The notes under the pieces were generated by a model. That model did no database searches, was not told where the DNA came from, and saw only the letters and a program-made list of their open reading frames with translations. From NCBI GenBank assembly GCA_963557245.1, contig CAUWDF010000001.1, positions 1 through 60,772 of the forward strand: a stretch of DNA of 60,772 nt, given 5' to 3'. The position numbers and the translations under genes are program-made. The DNA comes from an uncultured Bulleidia sp. (GTDB taxonomy: Bacteria; Bacillota_I; Bacilli_A; Erysipelotrichales; Erysipelotrichaceae). Positions 23,021 through 34,395 of this stretch are shown piece after piece (the stretch's first letter is position 1; each line of letters begins with the position of its first letter).

Positions 23021-25546
23021 TTATTTTTCAGTAGATTCTACTTGTCCTATGAAACCTTCGTTTGAAGAGTCTTCTAATATTTCTTCCTCTTCTGCCTCTG
23101 GTTCAAGAATCTCAACTGTAGATACCGTCTGATCATTTGTTAAGTTAATGACTTTAACACCCTGTGCAGCACGAGAATACTCAGAAACTTGATTTAAGGA
23201 AATACGGATTAAGATACCCGCATCTGTCATAATCATGCAGTCTTCATCACCATTCACCGCACGCATTGCAACAAGATCACCTGTTTTATCTGTAATACCT
23301 GCCGCAATAACACCTTTCGCGCCACGGTTCGTAATACGGAATTCTTCTAATGGTGTCTTCTTTCCGAAACCATTGGAAGAAATTGTAAGAATGTAGTTAC
23401 CCTGACGACTCGTTGCCATACCAATAACAGAGCCTTCATCCATATTAATTCCTCGTACACCACGTGCAGTACGACCGGATGGACGAATCAAATCTTCTAA
23501 GAAACGAACTGCTTTCCCCTTTGTACTAGCCAAAATAATCTCATCCTGACCACTTGTTCCAGCAGCGAAAGCAAGAATATCTCCATCATTAAGACCGATT
23601 GCAATCTTACCATTCTTATTAATATTCTCAAATTCTTCAATCGGAGTACGTTTTACAAGACCATTCTTTGTTGCAAAGAATAAGAACTTACTCTTATCAT
23701 CGTTCGCATACGATACCATTGCACAGATTTTCTCATCTTTGCTAATGGAAATAAGATTAACGACTGGAAGACCTTTAGAAGTACGTGAGAACTGCGGAAT
23801 ATTATATCCCTTTACACGGAACACTCTACCAGTATCTGTGAAGATAAGTAGATTGTCGTGGGTTGACATGTTAATAAACTGATCAATTGCGTCATCCGCA
23901 TTTAACTCCATCCCCTTGATACCTTTACCACCACGGTTCTGGACTCGATACGTATCTGCCGTCATACGTTTGATATATCCATTCGAAGATAGTGTAATGA
24001 CAATATTTTCGACCGGGATAAGATCTTCATCTTCCATATCGGCAGAACCATCAATAATTTCTGTTCTTCTAGGAGTAGAGAACTTATTCTTGATATCTGT
24101 AAGCTCATTCTTGATGATTTCTTCGACACGATAATGGTTCGCAAGAATATCTTTCAAATCATCAATCTTAATTAACAGATCCTGGTATTCACTTTCAATC
24201 TTTTCTCTTTCAAGACCAGTCAATCTACGGAATTGCATATCCAAAATAGCTTTTGCCTGAATCTCATCCAAATGAAAACCTTCCATTAAACGTGGCATTG
24301 CTTCATTTGCATCACGAGAATTACGAATCGTATGAATAATCGCATCCAAATTATCGACCGCAATTCGTAAACCTTCCAAAATATGCGCACGAGCTTGTGC
24401 CTTCTTTAAATCGAACTTTGTTCTACGTACAACAACATCAATCTGATGATCAACATAACCTTTGATCATATCTAACATTGAAGCTTGTTTTGGTACATTA
24501 TTGAACAATACAACGTTATTTACATTAAAATTCGACTGTAATGGAGAAAGACGATACAGTTGGTTCAGAAGAACTTCTGGCTGGACGTCTTTACGTAATT
24601 CCATAACAACACGAATACCATTCATATTAGATTCATCACGCAGATCAGTAATGCCTTCAATCTGTTTATCACGTGCTAACTGAGCGATTCTTTCTACCAT
24701 AGAAGCCTTATTCACCATGTAAGGAATCTCTCTTACGATAATACGTGGTTTGCCATTTGGCATTGTGTCGATTTCTGTCTTGGCACGCATAACAATTGTA
24801 CCTTTACCGGTTTCAAATGCCTTACGAATTGCTGTACGACCAATAATATAACCACCAGTTGGAAAATCTGGACCTTTAATATAATTCATCAATTCCGGTA
24901 CTGTGATTTCTGGATTATTCATATAGGCAATAACACCATCAATTGTTTCTCCTAAATTATGTGGCGCAACGTTCGTAGCCATACCAACGGCAATACCCAT
25001 TGAGCCATTTACAAGTAAATTAGGAAAGCGAGCTGGCAGGACATCTGGTTCTTCTAACTCATTATCATAGTTCGGAGACATATTAACAGTCTCCTTCTCC
25101 AAATCTCTTAATAATTCTACAGATAATTTAGACATACGCGCTTCGGTATAACGCATTGCTGCAGCACCATCGCCATCCATAGAACCAAAGTTACCATGTC
25201 CATCCACAAGAACTTCGCGCATGTTCCATTTCTGTGCCATATAAACAAGGGCACCATAGATAGAAGTATCACCATGTGGATGATATTTTCCCATTGTATC
25301 ACCGACAATACGCGCACATTTACGGTATGGTTTGTCCGGTGTGTTATTCATCTCATTCATCGCATAAAGAATTCTTCTTTGTACTGGTTTGAGACCATCA
25401 CGTACATCTGGAAGCGCTCTTGCGACGATAACGGACATCGAATAGTCAATGAAGTCTTTCTTCATCTCATCTGTTAGATTCTGTTCGGTAATATGTCCTG
25501 GATCAAATTTGGATTCATCAAATTCCATGAAATCGTCTTTCGCCAT
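23021..25546 (-). CDS. gyrA: DNA gyrase subunit A
   Basis: ALPDVRDGLKPVQRR, YHPHGD, AAMRYTE, GyrA box QNRGGKG. Confidence 0.99.
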   Translation of the reverse strand: MAKDDFMEFDESKFDPGHITEQNLTDEMKKDFIDYSMSVIVARALPDVRDGLKPVQRRILYAMNEMNNTPDKPYRKCARIVGDTMGKYHPHGDTSIYGALVYMAQKWNMREVLVDGHGNFGSMDGDGAAAMRYTEARMSKLSVELLRDLEKETVNMSPNYDNELEEPDVLPARFPNLLVNGSMGIAVGMATNVAPHNLGETIDGVIAYMNNPEITVPELMNYIKGPDFPTGGYIIGRTAIRKAFETGKGTIVMRAKTEIDTMPNGKPRIIVREIPYMVNKASMVERIAQLARDKQIEGITDLRDESNMNGIRVVMELRKDVQPEVLLNQLYRLSPLQSNFNVNNVVLFNNVPKQASMLDMIKGYVDHQIDVVVRRTKFDLKKAQARAHILEGLRIAVDNLDAIIHTIRNSRDANEAMPRLMEGFHLDEIQAKAILDMQFRRLTGLEREKIESEYQDLLIKIDDLKDILANHYRVEEIIKNELTDIKNKFSTPRRTEIIDGSADMEDEDLIPVENIVITLSSNGYIKRMTADTYRVQNRGGKGIKGMELNADDAIDQFINMSTHDNLLIFTDTGRVFRVKGYNIPQFSRTSKGLPVVNLISISKDEKICAMVSYANDDKSKFLFFATKNGLVKRTPIEEFENINKNGKIAIGLNDGDILAFAAGTSGQDEIILASTKGKAVRFLEDLIRPSGRTARGVRGINMDEGSVIGMATSRQGNYILTISSNGFGKKTPLEEFRITNRGAKGVIAAGITDKTGDLVAMRAVNGDEDCMIMTDAGILIRISLNQVSEYSRAAQGVKVINLTNDQTVSTVEILEPEAEEEEILEDSSNEGFIGQVESTEK

Positions 25547-25557
25547 ATTAACCTCCC

Positions 25558-27552
25558 TTAAATATCAAGACTTGCGAAGTCCGCATTTTCGATAATGTAA
25601 TTCTTTCTAGGTTCGACATCGTCGCCCATAAAAATACTAAAGTATTCATCCGCTTTTTCTGCGTCATCTAACGTGACACGAATCAACGTACGATTCTTAG
25701 GATCCATAGTTGTTTCCCATAACTGTTCAGCATCCATTTCACCAAGACCCTTATATCTCTGTACAGAAATACGATCACCTAATTCAGCACGTACTTTAGC
25801 CATTTGCGGCTCCGTATAGGCATAACGGACGGTATTACCCTTCTGTGCCTTATAAAGAGGTGGCTGTGCAATATAGACATGGCCTTGTTCAATAATCGGA
25901 CGCATATAACGATAGAAGAAAGTAAGAAGAAGGATGCGAATATGAGCACCATCGACATCGGCATCGGTCATAATAACAATCTTGTTATAACGTAATTTAG
26001 ATGTATCTACTTCATCCAAAATACCGCAACCAAATGCTGTAATCATAGAACGAATCTCATTATTTTCAAAAGCTCTTGCTTGACGAGCACGTTCTACGTT
26101 CAAAATCTTACCTCGTAAAGGTAAAATTGCCTGATAATGTGAATCTCTTCCCTCTTTTGCAGATCCACCGGCGGACTCACCCTCGACAATATAGATTTCA
26201 CAAATACTTGCATCTTTCGAGGAACAGTCTGCTAATTTACCTGGTAAAGAAGAAATATCTAAGGCATTCTTTCTTCTTGTTAATTCTCTTGCTTTCTTAG
26301 CGGCACGCCTTGCCTGAGACGCAATTGAAGCTTTTTCGATAATTGCTTTTGCTTCATCCGGATTCTCTAATAAAAAGCGTTCCAGTTGTGTACCAAAAAT
26401 ATCCGATACAATTTTACGTACTTCGGAATTACCAAGTTTTGTTTTTGTTTGTCCTTCGTACTGCGGATCTGGATGTTTTACTGAAATAACAGCTGTAAGA
26501 CCTTCCTTACAGTCATCTGTTGTTAGATTATCATCTTTTTCTTTTAAGAATTTATTCTCTCTTGCATATTTATTAATGACACGGTTCATAGCAAGATTGA
26601 AACCTTCTAGATGTGTACCACCTTCTACAGTATTGATATTATTACAGAAAGTATAAATCGATGGATTATAGCCATCATTGTACTGACAAGCTACTTCTAC
26701 CTGAATATCTTTTTCATACCCATCTGCGTAGATAATATCTGGATGTACAACTGCTCTAGACTTATTAAGGTATTCAATATACTGCTTGACTCCACCTTCA
26801 AATAAGAATTCATAAGACCGTTTCTTTTCTTCTTCCTGTCTTAGATCCTGAAAAACAAGACGGATTCCTTTATTTAAGAAAGCCAACTGACGTAAGCGAT
26901 CACGAATAGTATCATGATCATATACTGTTGTTTCTGTAAAGATGGTAGGATCTGCTTTAAATTTGACCTGAGAACCATGTTTATCGGTATCGCATGTACC
27001 AATGATCTTAAGAGGTTCTACCGCATGCCCACCATTCTCAAAACGAACAAAATATATATTTCCTTCATGGAAGACACGTACTTCTAGCCATGTCGAAAGT
27101 GCATTAACAACAGAAGCACCTACACCATGCAAACCACCAGAAATCTTATAAGCTCCACCACCGAACTTACCTCCGGCATGTAATACCGTAAAAATTGTCT
27201 CAATGGTTGATTTACCTGTCTTAGAGTTCGTACCTGTAGGCATGCCACGTCCATCATCTTCGACCGTAACAACATTTTCTTCATCAATGGTTACTGTGAC
27301 AGTTGATGCATAACCAGCCATGGCTTCATCGATACCATTATCGACGATTTCCCAGACCAAGTGATGTAGACCTTTCGAGGAGGTAGAGGCAATATACATG
27401 CCTGGTCTCTTACGGACAGCTTCCAGACCATCTAAGACCTGAATTTCCGAATCGTTATATTCTTCGGTTACTTTTGAGTCAATTTCACCACCAATAACGG
27501 CTTCTGTACCATCTGCAGTCTTAATGACTTCTGCTGTTTTTTCTTCACTCAT
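25558..27552 (-). CDS. gyrB: DNA gyrase subunit B
   Basis: [33 protein letters not shown]; start reset to MSEEK. Confidence 0.99.
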   Translation of the reverse strand: MSEEKTAEVIKTADGTEAVIGGEIDSKVTEEYNDSEIQVLDGLEAVRKRPGMYIASTSSKGLHHLVWEIVDNGIDEAMAGYASTVTVTIDEENVVTVEDDGRGMPTGTNSKTGKSTIETIFTVLHAGGKFGGGAYKISGGLHGVGASVVNALSTWLEVRVFHEGNIYFVRFENGGHAVEPLKIIGTCDTDKHGSQVKFKADPTIFTETTVYDHDTIRDRLRQLAFLNKGIRLVFQDLRQEEEKKRSYEFLFEGGVKQYIEYLNKSRAVVHPDIIYADGYEKDIQVEVACQYNDGYNPSIYTFCNNINTVEGGTHLEGFNLAMNRVINKYARENKFLKEKDDNLTTDDCKEGLTAVISVKHPDPQYEGQTKTKLGNSEVRKIVSDIFGTQLERFLLENPDEAKAIIEKASIASQARRAAKKARELTRRKNALDISSLPGKLADCSSKDASICEIYIVEGESAGGSAKEGRDSHYQAILPLRGKILNVERARQARAFENNEIRSMITAFGCGILDEVDTSKLRYNKIVIMTDADVDGAHIRILLLTFFYRYMRPIIEQGHVYIAQPPLYKAQKGNTVRYAYTEPQMAKVRAELGDRISVQRYKGLGEMDAEQLWETTMDPKNRTLIRVTLDDAEKADEYFSIFMGDDVEPRKNYIIENADFASLDI

Positions 27553-27562
27553 GCCATGCCTC

Positions 27563-28639
27563 CTATAATTTATGAATGATTCCATTTTCAATATGGAATT
27601 CTGTTATTTTTTTATTTTTTAAAAAGGAAGGGACTTCTGTCGCTGTGATCATACATTGATATGGACTACTGACAAGAGATAATAATCTTTTTTGTCTTGT
27701 CTGGTCTAATTCACTCAGCACGTCATCCAGTAATAATACTGGCTCCTTCCCTGTCATAGAACGAATATATTCCAGTAAGCTTAATTTAAAAGCCAACATG
27801 ACCATTCTTTTCTGCCCCTGACTTGCAAGATCTGTGATCGGTCTATCTTTCATAGTAAAGAGGATATCTTCCCGATGAATACCAAACGAGGTCACGCGAC
27901 TATCAATGTCTTTTTTCCGATATTCTTGATGTTTCTTAAGAATATCTTCTTGCCCAAAAGAATCATTGCAACAACGATATACAATCGCTACATCGCAATC
28001 TTCTCCAGCTATTTTTTGATACATTGTTCGCATATATTGATTCAATGTATCTACGAAATGCTTTCGCATCTCTATAATGACAGCTTCTTCTTTTGCCATC
28101 TGAACATCTAATGTATCAAGAAGAGCTACATCTGGTTCTGGTCTTTTTAAAATCAGATTTCTTTCTTTTAGAAAAGATTGAAAACGATTTAAAGAAAGAA
28201 GATAAGCAGAAGATACTTTTGTAATCTCCTGATTCATCATTCTTCGTCGATCTTTTGGAGAGTCAGAAAAGAGACGTAAATCATCTGGTGCAAAGAGAAC
28301 TGTATTTAGGATTCCTACAAATTCACTGCTACGACTAACTGGTTGATGATGTACGAGCAATGTCTTGCCTTTCGGATGAATGACCGCTTCCATTTCTTTC
28401 TGTTTTCCATTTTCTTCGCAGACACAACGAATGTCCGCAAATGGCATCTGATCTCGAATTAATTTTTTATCATCTGCAATTCGATGACTTCTTGTTAAAG
28501 AAAGATATACAAGACTCTCTAATAAATTTGTCTTGCCTTGTGCATTTTCACCTGTAAAAACGTTCAGATGTGGATCAAATGTCATATATAAAGATTCATA
28601 GTTTCTGAAATTACGTAATTTAAGACTTTTAATAATCAT
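27563..28639 (-). CDS. recF: DNA replication/repair protein RecF
   Basis: [30 protein letters not shown]. Confidence 0.98.
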   Translation of the reverse strand: MIIKSLKLRNFRNYESLYMTFDPHLNVFTGENAQGKTNLLESLVYLSLTRSHRIADDKKLIRDQMPFADIRCVCEENGKQKEMEAVIHPKGKTLLVHHQPVSRSSEFVGILNTVLFAPDDLRLFSDSPKDRRRMMNQEITKVSSAYLLSLNRFQSFLKERNLILKRPEPDVALLDTLDVQMAKEEAVIIEMRKHFVDTLNQYMRTMYQKIAGEDCDVAIVYRCCNDSFGQEDILKKHQEYRKKDIDSRVTSFGIHREDILFTMKDRPITDLASQGQKRMVMLAFKLSLLEYIRSMTGKEPVLLLDDVLSELDQTRQKRLLSLVSSPYQCMITATEVPSFLKNKKITEFHIENGIIHKL

Positions 28640-28839
28640 CAGGAAACAATGAACTTCTTTCCGTTGATTTTCACTTCATCACCTGGATACAGTTTTTTAC
28701 CTCTTCTGTTCTCAGGTTCACCATTGACGTAGATTTCCGATTCTTGAACCATTATCTTAGCTTCACCGCCTGTTTGAGCGACACCTACAAACTTTAGAAA
28801 CTGCTGTAATGTAATGTATTCAGTCGTGATTTTATTCAT
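28639..28839 (-). CDS. yaaA: S4-domain RNA-binding protein YaaA
   Basis: EYITLQQFLK...TGGEAK...VNGEPENRRGKKL. Confidence 0.93.
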   Translation of the reverse strand: MNKITTEYITLQQFLKFVGVAQTGGEAKIMVQESEIYVNGEPENRRGKKLYPGDEVKINGKKFIVS

Positions 28840-28995
28840 GAAAATCTCCCTTGTTTTTTTTATATGATAAAGCTTCTTAATTATATCATAAAATAGCAAA
28901 AAATTCCTGTCTCCAAGCAGGGAAATAGGAATTGTGAAAACTATTTCATAAATGAAAAAAAGGATACTTCCTAAAAGAGGAAATATCCCAAATTT

Positions 28996-30117
28996 TTAAT
29001 TATATGTGCGTACAGGAAGGACAAGCTGCAAAATGGTTTCATCCTGTGGATCCGTCAGGATAAATGGTCTCATATCTCCTTTGAACTGAATCATGATTGT
29101 ATCACTCTTGAAAGCTCTTGCGGCTTCTAAAACATAGCTTCCAGAGAAACTAATATCTAAATCCTCTCCTTCAAATGTAGCTGTAAGAGATTCTCTTGAT
29201 TCACCGATTTCTTGTGATTTACTTGTTAAAATGACTTCATTGGCACTGCACTGTAGACGGTTGACATTCATATTGTCACTCTTGATGAATGTAGTACGAT
29301 CGATCGCATGAATCAGATCCATACGATTGATTGTAAGCTTATAATCAAAAGCATCAGGAATTAAACGATCGGTATCCGGATAACCACCATCAAGAAGACG
29401 TGTCTGTAATAACATATCATCACTATAGAACTGAGCTTTCTTATCACTCATAGCCATTACAATCATCTGATCTTGATCTAAAATCATTGTAGAACGAATT
29501 TCATTTAATGATTTTGCAGGAATTGTAATATCAAAAGAAGCATCTACATTGAATGGAAGTGTCTTTTTTGCAAGACGATAGGAATCGGTTGCTGTACATG
29601 TTAAGACATGATCTTTTAAAGAAAAATGAACACCTGTGAGAACGGGTCTTGTTTCTTTAATTGCAGTAGCGAATGTTGTTTCTTCGATAATTTCAGAAAG
29701 AATGCTGCTTTGAATAGAGATGCTATCAGCAGGTCTAGAGAAATCAATGGTTGGATAATCATTTACATTCATACCATTAATTTTAAATACAGCAGAATTA
29801 CCAGAGAATCTTGTTAAAGCTCCATCTAATACTTCAATCGTAATTATTTCAGAATCTAATTTTTTAACAATGTCTAAAAGATATTTTGCTTCAATTAGAA
29901 TCGAACCTTCTTCTGAAATAACGAGATTATTGGAGTCATTTGCTGTAATAGTCTTTTCAATAGAGATATCAGCGTCACTACCGGTAAGAATTAACGTATT
30001 ATCTTTCGCTGTGATCTTCATGCCTCTAAGAGATGGCTGAGGACTTGTCGATGAGATCGCATGAGATACGATGCTTGCTGTACTTGAGAATGCAGTTTTG
30101 TTGATTGAAAAATTCAT
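28996..30117 (-). CDS. dnaN: DNA polymerase III beta clamp
   Basis: ETRPVLTG, ATDSYRLA, LVLPVR. Confidence 0.98.
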   Translation of the reverse strand: MNFSINKTAFSSTASIVSHAISSTSPQPSLRGMKITAKDNTLILTGSDADISIEKTITANDSNNLVISEEGSILIEAKYLLDIVKKLDSEIITIEVLDGALTRFSGNSAVFKINGMNVNDYPTIDFSRPADSISIQSSILSEIIEETTFATAIKETRPVLTGVHFSLKDHVLTCTATDSYRLAKKTLPFNVDASFDITIPAKSLNEIRSTMILDQDQMIVMAMSDKKAQFYSDDMLLQTRLLDGGYPDTDRLIPDAFDYKLTINRMDLIHAIDRTTFIKSDNMNVNRLQCSANEVILTSKSQEIGESRESLTATFEGEDLDISFSGSYVLEAARAFKSDTIMIQFKGDMRPFILTDPQDETILQLVLPVRTYN

Positions 30118-30139
30118 TTTAGTAATGCCTCCTATTTCG

Positions 30140-30279
30140 CTTTTATTAATAATATATATTTATTAAGTCTTATTGTTATTAGAACTGTGGGAATTGTGGA
30201 AAACTTTTTAAAAAGCTTTATTTATCCACAAATCCAAGTGCTTTTATGCGTTGAAATGTGGTGGACAAATTTGTGGAAA
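30140..30279. other. oriC unwinding region (dnaA-dnaN intergenic): DnaA boxes, DnaA-trio-like tract, AT-rich segment
   Basis: Perfect TTATCCACA at 30222; tandem boxes at 30186-30203 followed on the minus strand by CTA-ATA-ACA-ATA-AGA and an AT-rich run, as in the Bacillus basal unwinding system. Confidence 0.85.
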
Positions 30280-31650
30280 TCAGTTTGTTAACTGCTTTTC
30301 TAGATCATTGACCGCATTTGCATAAGCTGGATCCTTCTTAATTTGCTTCTCTACTTTCGCGCATGCTGAGATGATTGTAGAGTGGTCACGCCCTCCAAAT
30401 TCATCTCCTATCTTAATATACGGCAAATCGAGTAATTTTCGGCATAAATAAATCGAAATATGTCTCGCATTTGCAATATTCTTTGTTCGAGTTTTTGAAG
30501 TTATTTGTTGTTTTGTCAGTCCATAGTAGTCCGCTACCGTTTTAATAATCTTTTTCGGTGAAAGACCAGTCTTATCGGAAACGACAGCATGACTCTTTAA
30601 GGCATTCATAACAGTCTCAAACTTGATACAACCTCCATCTGGTTGGAATTCGATTGCATAGAACAGGACACGATTCCATGCCCCTTCTAGATCTCGTACA
30701 TTACCAGAGAAGTTAGAGGCGATATAATTCAGACCTTCATCATCGACATCATCAATACCATATCCATTCTGACGTATCTTCATCTGTAAAATAGCAAGTG
30801 AAGTTTCAAATTCAGGTGAGTCAATACCAACGGAAAGCCCACTCGAGAAACGAGAAATCAGACGATCTTCCAGTCCTTTGATTTCGCGTGGTTGCCGATC
30901 CGATGCAATACATACCTGTTTTCGGTTATTGACCAGCTCATTATATATAGTAAAGAAGATCTCATGAGATTTTTCTTTACCAGCAAGGAACTGGATATCA
31001 TCAACTAAGAATAAATCGATATTATACATATATTGTTTAAAGGCTTCGATCTTATTCTCACGTATGGCATTGACAACGGTCTCAACGAATTTTAAGGACT
31101 CAGTATAGTAAACCTTCTTCGTTGGATCGTTTTTTAATACATAATTGGCAATTGCCATTAATAGATGTGTCTTACCCAGGCCAGAATTACCATATATAAA
31201 TAAAGGATTGAAGAATTTACCAGGATTTAGAGCACAAGCAAGAGCGGCAGCTTGGGATTCACGGTTACAGTCGCCTACTACAAAATTATCGAAAGTACGC
31301 TCTTTTTGGATTGGCATAGATTGAAAATCCGTGTCGTTGAGCGGTACAGGTTTAATAGGGACAGTACGATTGGAAAGTTCCGCTGGCTGACATATTTCAA
31401 GCATGAGTGAGTTATTAAGGTCCAGCACGGTTACAAAAGCTTCCGATATCATATCCGACTGCGATTGCAAGATAGATTTCGAAATAATATTTGGCGCAGA
31501 TATAACTGCTTTTTCTTCGGACAATTCATAGATACTACAAGGTTTATAGAAGTTATCTATAATTTCCGGTTCTAGGTTCTTGTTCGTCAGAAGATAATGG
31601 AGAACCTTAGTCCATACTTCTGATAGGTATTGATCTTTAGTAAACGACAT
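30280..31650 (-). CDS. dnaA: Chromosomal replication initiator DnaA
   Basis: NPLFIYGNSGLGKTHL, DDIQF, GGRDHSTI. Confidence 0.99.
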   Translation of the reverse strand: MSFTKDQYLSEVWTKVLHYLLTNKNLEPEIIDNFYKPCSIYELSEEKAVISAPNIISKSILQSQSDMISEAFVTVLDLNNSLMLEICQPAELSNRTVPIKPVPLNDTDFQSMPIQKERTFDNFVVGDCNRESQAAALACALNPGKFFNPLFIYGNSGLGKTHLLMAIANYVLKNDPTKKVYYTESLKFVETVVNAIRENKIEAFKQYMYNIDLFLVDDIQFLAGKEKSHEIFFTIYNELVNNRKQVCIASDRQPREIKGLEDRLISRFSSGLSVGIDSPEFETSLAILQMKIRQNGYGIDDVDDEGLNYIASNFSGNVRDLEGAWNRVLFYAIEFQPDGGCIKFETVMNALKSHAVVSDKTGLSPKKIIKTVADYYGLTKQQITSKTRTKNIANARHISIYLCRKLLDLPYIKIGDEFGGRDHSTIISACAKVEKQIKKDPAYANAVNDLEKQLTN

Positions 31651-31719
31651 GAATATTTACCTCTAATTTTTTTATATTTGCATGGTATATTGTAGGGTTC
31701 ATTTAGTGTAAAATCTACA

Positions 31720-32165
31720 TAAAAATTGTTGATAACTTTTTTCTCCACACATCCACAATTTACAATATATAGCATGAATATGCTGATTATTTGTGTTTTC
31801 CACACTTTTCCACATCTTTAGTATAGTGGAAAAAATGTGGATTAGTTTTACACATTGGGGAAAAGTTGTGATTTTGTTGAAAAAGTCATAAATGTAAGAA
31901 TGTAATTAACAGTTATAAACAATCGCAAAAAGGCTTTATTAAGCAATTATGCGAGTTTCCCACAGTTTTCCACAGTTGTGGAAAACTTGTTTGTAAACAC
32001 TGTGGTTTTCATGTTGATAAGTCGGTGGTTTTCATAATTTTTCCAACAGTCTGAAATTCACGATTCTCAACAGTACTTTTAAAAAATACTATAAATTAGC
32101 GGTTTTTTGAATAAATGTGGAAAACTTTAGGGATTTTTACTTATTTTAGTGATTGTTGATAGTTT
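31720..32165. other. oriC DnaA-box array upstream of dnaA
   Basis: TTTTCCACA/TGTGGAAAA at 31796, 31806, 31966, 31977 and 32116; TGTGGATTA at 31836; TTTCCCACA at 31956; several TGTTGATAA. Confidence 0.88.
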
Positions 32166-32175
32166 TCATCAATAC

Positions 32176-32209
32176 AAAAAAACGAATGAATTTTTCCATT
32201 CGTTTTTTT
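32176..32209 (-). terminator. jag terminator shielding oriC
   Basis: AAAAAAACGAATG/CATTCGTTTTTTT bidirectional hairpin. Confidence 0.85.
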
Positions 32210-32211
32210 GA

Positions 32212-32823
32212 TTATTCAGCAACTTCTGCAGATTCTGGTTCAGCAAATGTAATGCATACGTGACGCGCATTACCCTCACCTTTTGATTCCGTTTTGATAT
32301 TATGCCATTCATTTAATGTCTTATGAATGACTTTTCTTTCGTCATTTGGCATTGGATCGAGTTCAACACCTACATGAGATCTCTGAACTTGTTTACCAAT
32401 TCTCTTTGCCATTGCACGAAGCTTTGCATATCTTTCTTCTTTATAATGGTTTACATCAATTAAGATATCGATTCTCTTGCTGAACTGTGCATTGACAGCA
32501 GCACGGATTACCGTATTAAAGGCAGCGAGTGTTTTACCCATCTTACCAATTAATACAGCGTTGTTATCGGCATTGAGGTTGATGATGAATTCATCTTCTC
32601 TCTCTTCGATTGCAACTTCAATATCAAGGTCGATACCTGTAAAGTAATCTCCCATATAATCGAACAGGAATTCCTTTACATCTTCCATTGTGAATACATC
32701 TGCACTTACCGAATCTTCTTTTTCTTCTGTAATATTGTACATCAGCTCATCAACAGAACATTCTTTATCTTCTGAAGCAACATCTAAGAGTTCTTCTAAT
32801 GTTTTGGCAGTGTAGTTCTTCAT
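32212..32823 (-). CDS. jag: Jag/KhpB/EloR RNA-binding protein (KH + R3H)
   Basis: LIGKMGKTL, LDPMPNDERKVIH, TESKGEG. Confidence 0.92.
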   Translation of the reverse strand: MKNYTAKTLEELLDVASEDKECSVDELMYNITEEKEDSVSADVFTMEDVKEFLFDYMGDYFTGIDLDIEVAIEEREDEFIINLNADNNAVLIGKMGKTLAAFNTVIRAAVNAQFSKRIDILIDVNHYKEERYAKLRAMAKRIGKQVQRSHVGVELDPMPNDERKVIHKTLNEWHNIKTESKGEGNARHVCITFAEPESAEVAE

Positions 32824-33737
32824 GCCAGTTTTCCTTCTTTCTTTTCCGTGTTGTCAATATATTTCTGAACAAGGAACATCTTGAGAATATTAACTAAAGA
32901 GTTAATTGCCCAATATAAGGACATCGCAGCTGGCAATGTAAGACCGAAAATCAGAATCATTACCATCATATAAATCTGCATGACTTTGTTTGTAGTAGTA
33001 TTCTGAGCAACCTGTGGCTTTCTATGATGTTTTGCAGCTTCCTTTTCAGCCTTTCTCTTTTGGATGAACATAGGAATCTTCATAGATAAGTACTGGCAGA
33101 GTGCCATGAATAAGAACAGTAATAAGAACATAAATCCATTCATATCACCATGGAACATGCCCTTCATACCATTTAAAGAACTAATCTGTAAATCCATTCC
33201 TAAGAATGTACCAGTTGCAACAGCTTCCGATCTCTGTACAGCCATATACATAGCCATAATAATTGGTAACTGGACGAACTGTACAAGCATGGATCCTAAT
33301 GGATTAATATGGTTCTTTGTATATAAGTTCTGAAGTTCGGTAGCCATACGCATCTTTGATGCATCATCATTTCTACCTTCATACTTACGTTGGATTCGTT
33401 CCATCTCTGGCTGGATCAGCTGAATCTTTTGTGCGCCGACCGTACTCTTTAATGTCAGTACACCAAGAAGTGCATTGAATGCCAATGTAACAAGTGTGAT
33501 AGCGGCACCAACACCTACCATTGGAGTAAGCTTATTGATGCACCAAGAGAGTGGGAATACGAACAGTGCTGTGAACCAGGACTCGTTCTTGAATACCTCT
33601 GAGAATGTTGTGCTCTGTGTGATAAGGATGATCTTACCATTCTCATCGACAGGCGCTGTACATCCTGTTAATACAACTGCAAGTACAACAACCGACAGTA
33701 GTATTAATAACTTTTTTCTACGCGGGGTTAATTTCAT
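32820..33737 (-). CDS. yidC: Membrane protein insertase YidC/SpoIIIJ
   Basis: Lipobox LTGC, IQPEMERIQRKY, VQLPII, SLYWAINS. Confidence 0.95.
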   Translation of the reverse strand: MKLTPRRKKLLILLSVVVLAVVLTGCTAPVDENGKIILITQSTTFSEVFKNESWFTALFVFPLSWCINKLTPMVGVGAAITLVTLAFNALLGVLTLKSTVGAQKIQLIQPEMERIQRKYEGRNDDASKMRMATELQNLYTKNHINPLGSMLVQFVQLPIIMAMYMAVQRSEAVATGTFLGMDLQISSLNGMKGMFHGDMNGFMFLLLFLFMALCQYLSMKIPMFIQKRKAEKEAAKHHRKPQVAQNTTTNKVMQIYMMVMILIFGLTLPAAMSLYWAINSLVNILKMFLVQKYIDNTEKKEGKLA

Positions 33738-33758
33738 GTTTTCTCCTTAAAAAAATAT

Positions 33759-34091
33759 CTATATTATTGTAGCTTTTCTAAATATTTTTTCCAAGCTCTT
33801 TTTATTTGCCTCATAATCATTATCTTTATAGGAAAAACGAATTATAATGACAGCATCTTGCGTTGCGGAATTAAAATCGACAAGATCTTGACACATCATA
33901 CGTACTTGACGTTTGATTTTGTTACGTTCTACCGCATTTCCAATCTTTTTTGATAAAGAAATACCGATTCTCGCTTCTTCATCTGCTTTTGGCATGAGGT
34001 AGAGAACGAACTGTCCATTAATTAATTTTCTTCCCTTATGAATGATTTTCTGAAACTCTTCTGATCTTTTGACACGATTCTTTTTCTTCAT
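33759..34091 (-). CDS. rnpA: Ribonuclease P protein component
   Basis: RIGISLSKKIGNAVERNKIKRQVR. Confidence 0.97.
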   Translation of the reverse strand: MKKKNRVKRSEEFQKIIHKGRKLINGQFVLYLMPKADEEARIGISLSKKIGNAVERNKIKRQVRMMCQDLVDFNSATQDAVIIIRFSYKDNDYEANKKSLEKIFRKATII

Positions 34092-34105
34092 AAGTTAACC
34101 TTGAT

Positions 34106-34130
34106 AAAAAAAACCACCAAAGGGTGGTTT
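34106..34130 (-). terminator. Terminator/attenuator between rpmH and rnpA
   Basis: AAACCACC/GGTGGTTT stem with A tract. Confidence 0.75.
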
Positions 34131-34135
34131 CTTAC

Positions 34136-34270
34136 TTAAGCAGATAAGACCTTTCTGCCCTTAGCACGTCTTCTAGAAAGGACCTTACGTCCGCCGACTG
34201 TAGACATGCGGGCTCTGAAGCCGTGAGTGACTTTGTTCTTTTTCTTGCTTGGCTGGTATGTTCTCTTCAT
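34136..34270 (-). CDS. rpmH: 50S ribosomal protein L34 (absent from the supplied ORF track)
   Basis: Manual translation [44 protein letters not shown]; GGAGGT RBS. Confidence 0.99.
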   Translation of the reverse strand: MKRTYQPSKKKNKVTHGFRARMSTVGGRKVLSRRRAKGRKVLSA

Positions 34271-34321
34271 TGCGTACCACCTCCATATTTTTTCTAATGT
34301 TTAGAAAACATTCGCGAAACA

Positions 34322-34350
34322 ATAATATATTTATTCTTCTGATAAGTCAA
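34322..34350 (-). promoter_or_regulatory. Sigma-A promoter of rpmH
   Basis: TTGACT-17 bp-TATTAT. Confidence 0.7.
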
Positions 34351-34395
34351 TAAATGGATTGTGGAACGGGCATATTTTTTAGAAAATAAGCTATT

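Noticed and set aside
31720-32165. Repeated TTTTCCACA units as a possible CRISPR or tandem repeat
   Set aside because: They are 9-mers in both orientations with irregular spacing, i.e. DnaA boxes. No cas genes or repeat-spacer array are seen in the window.
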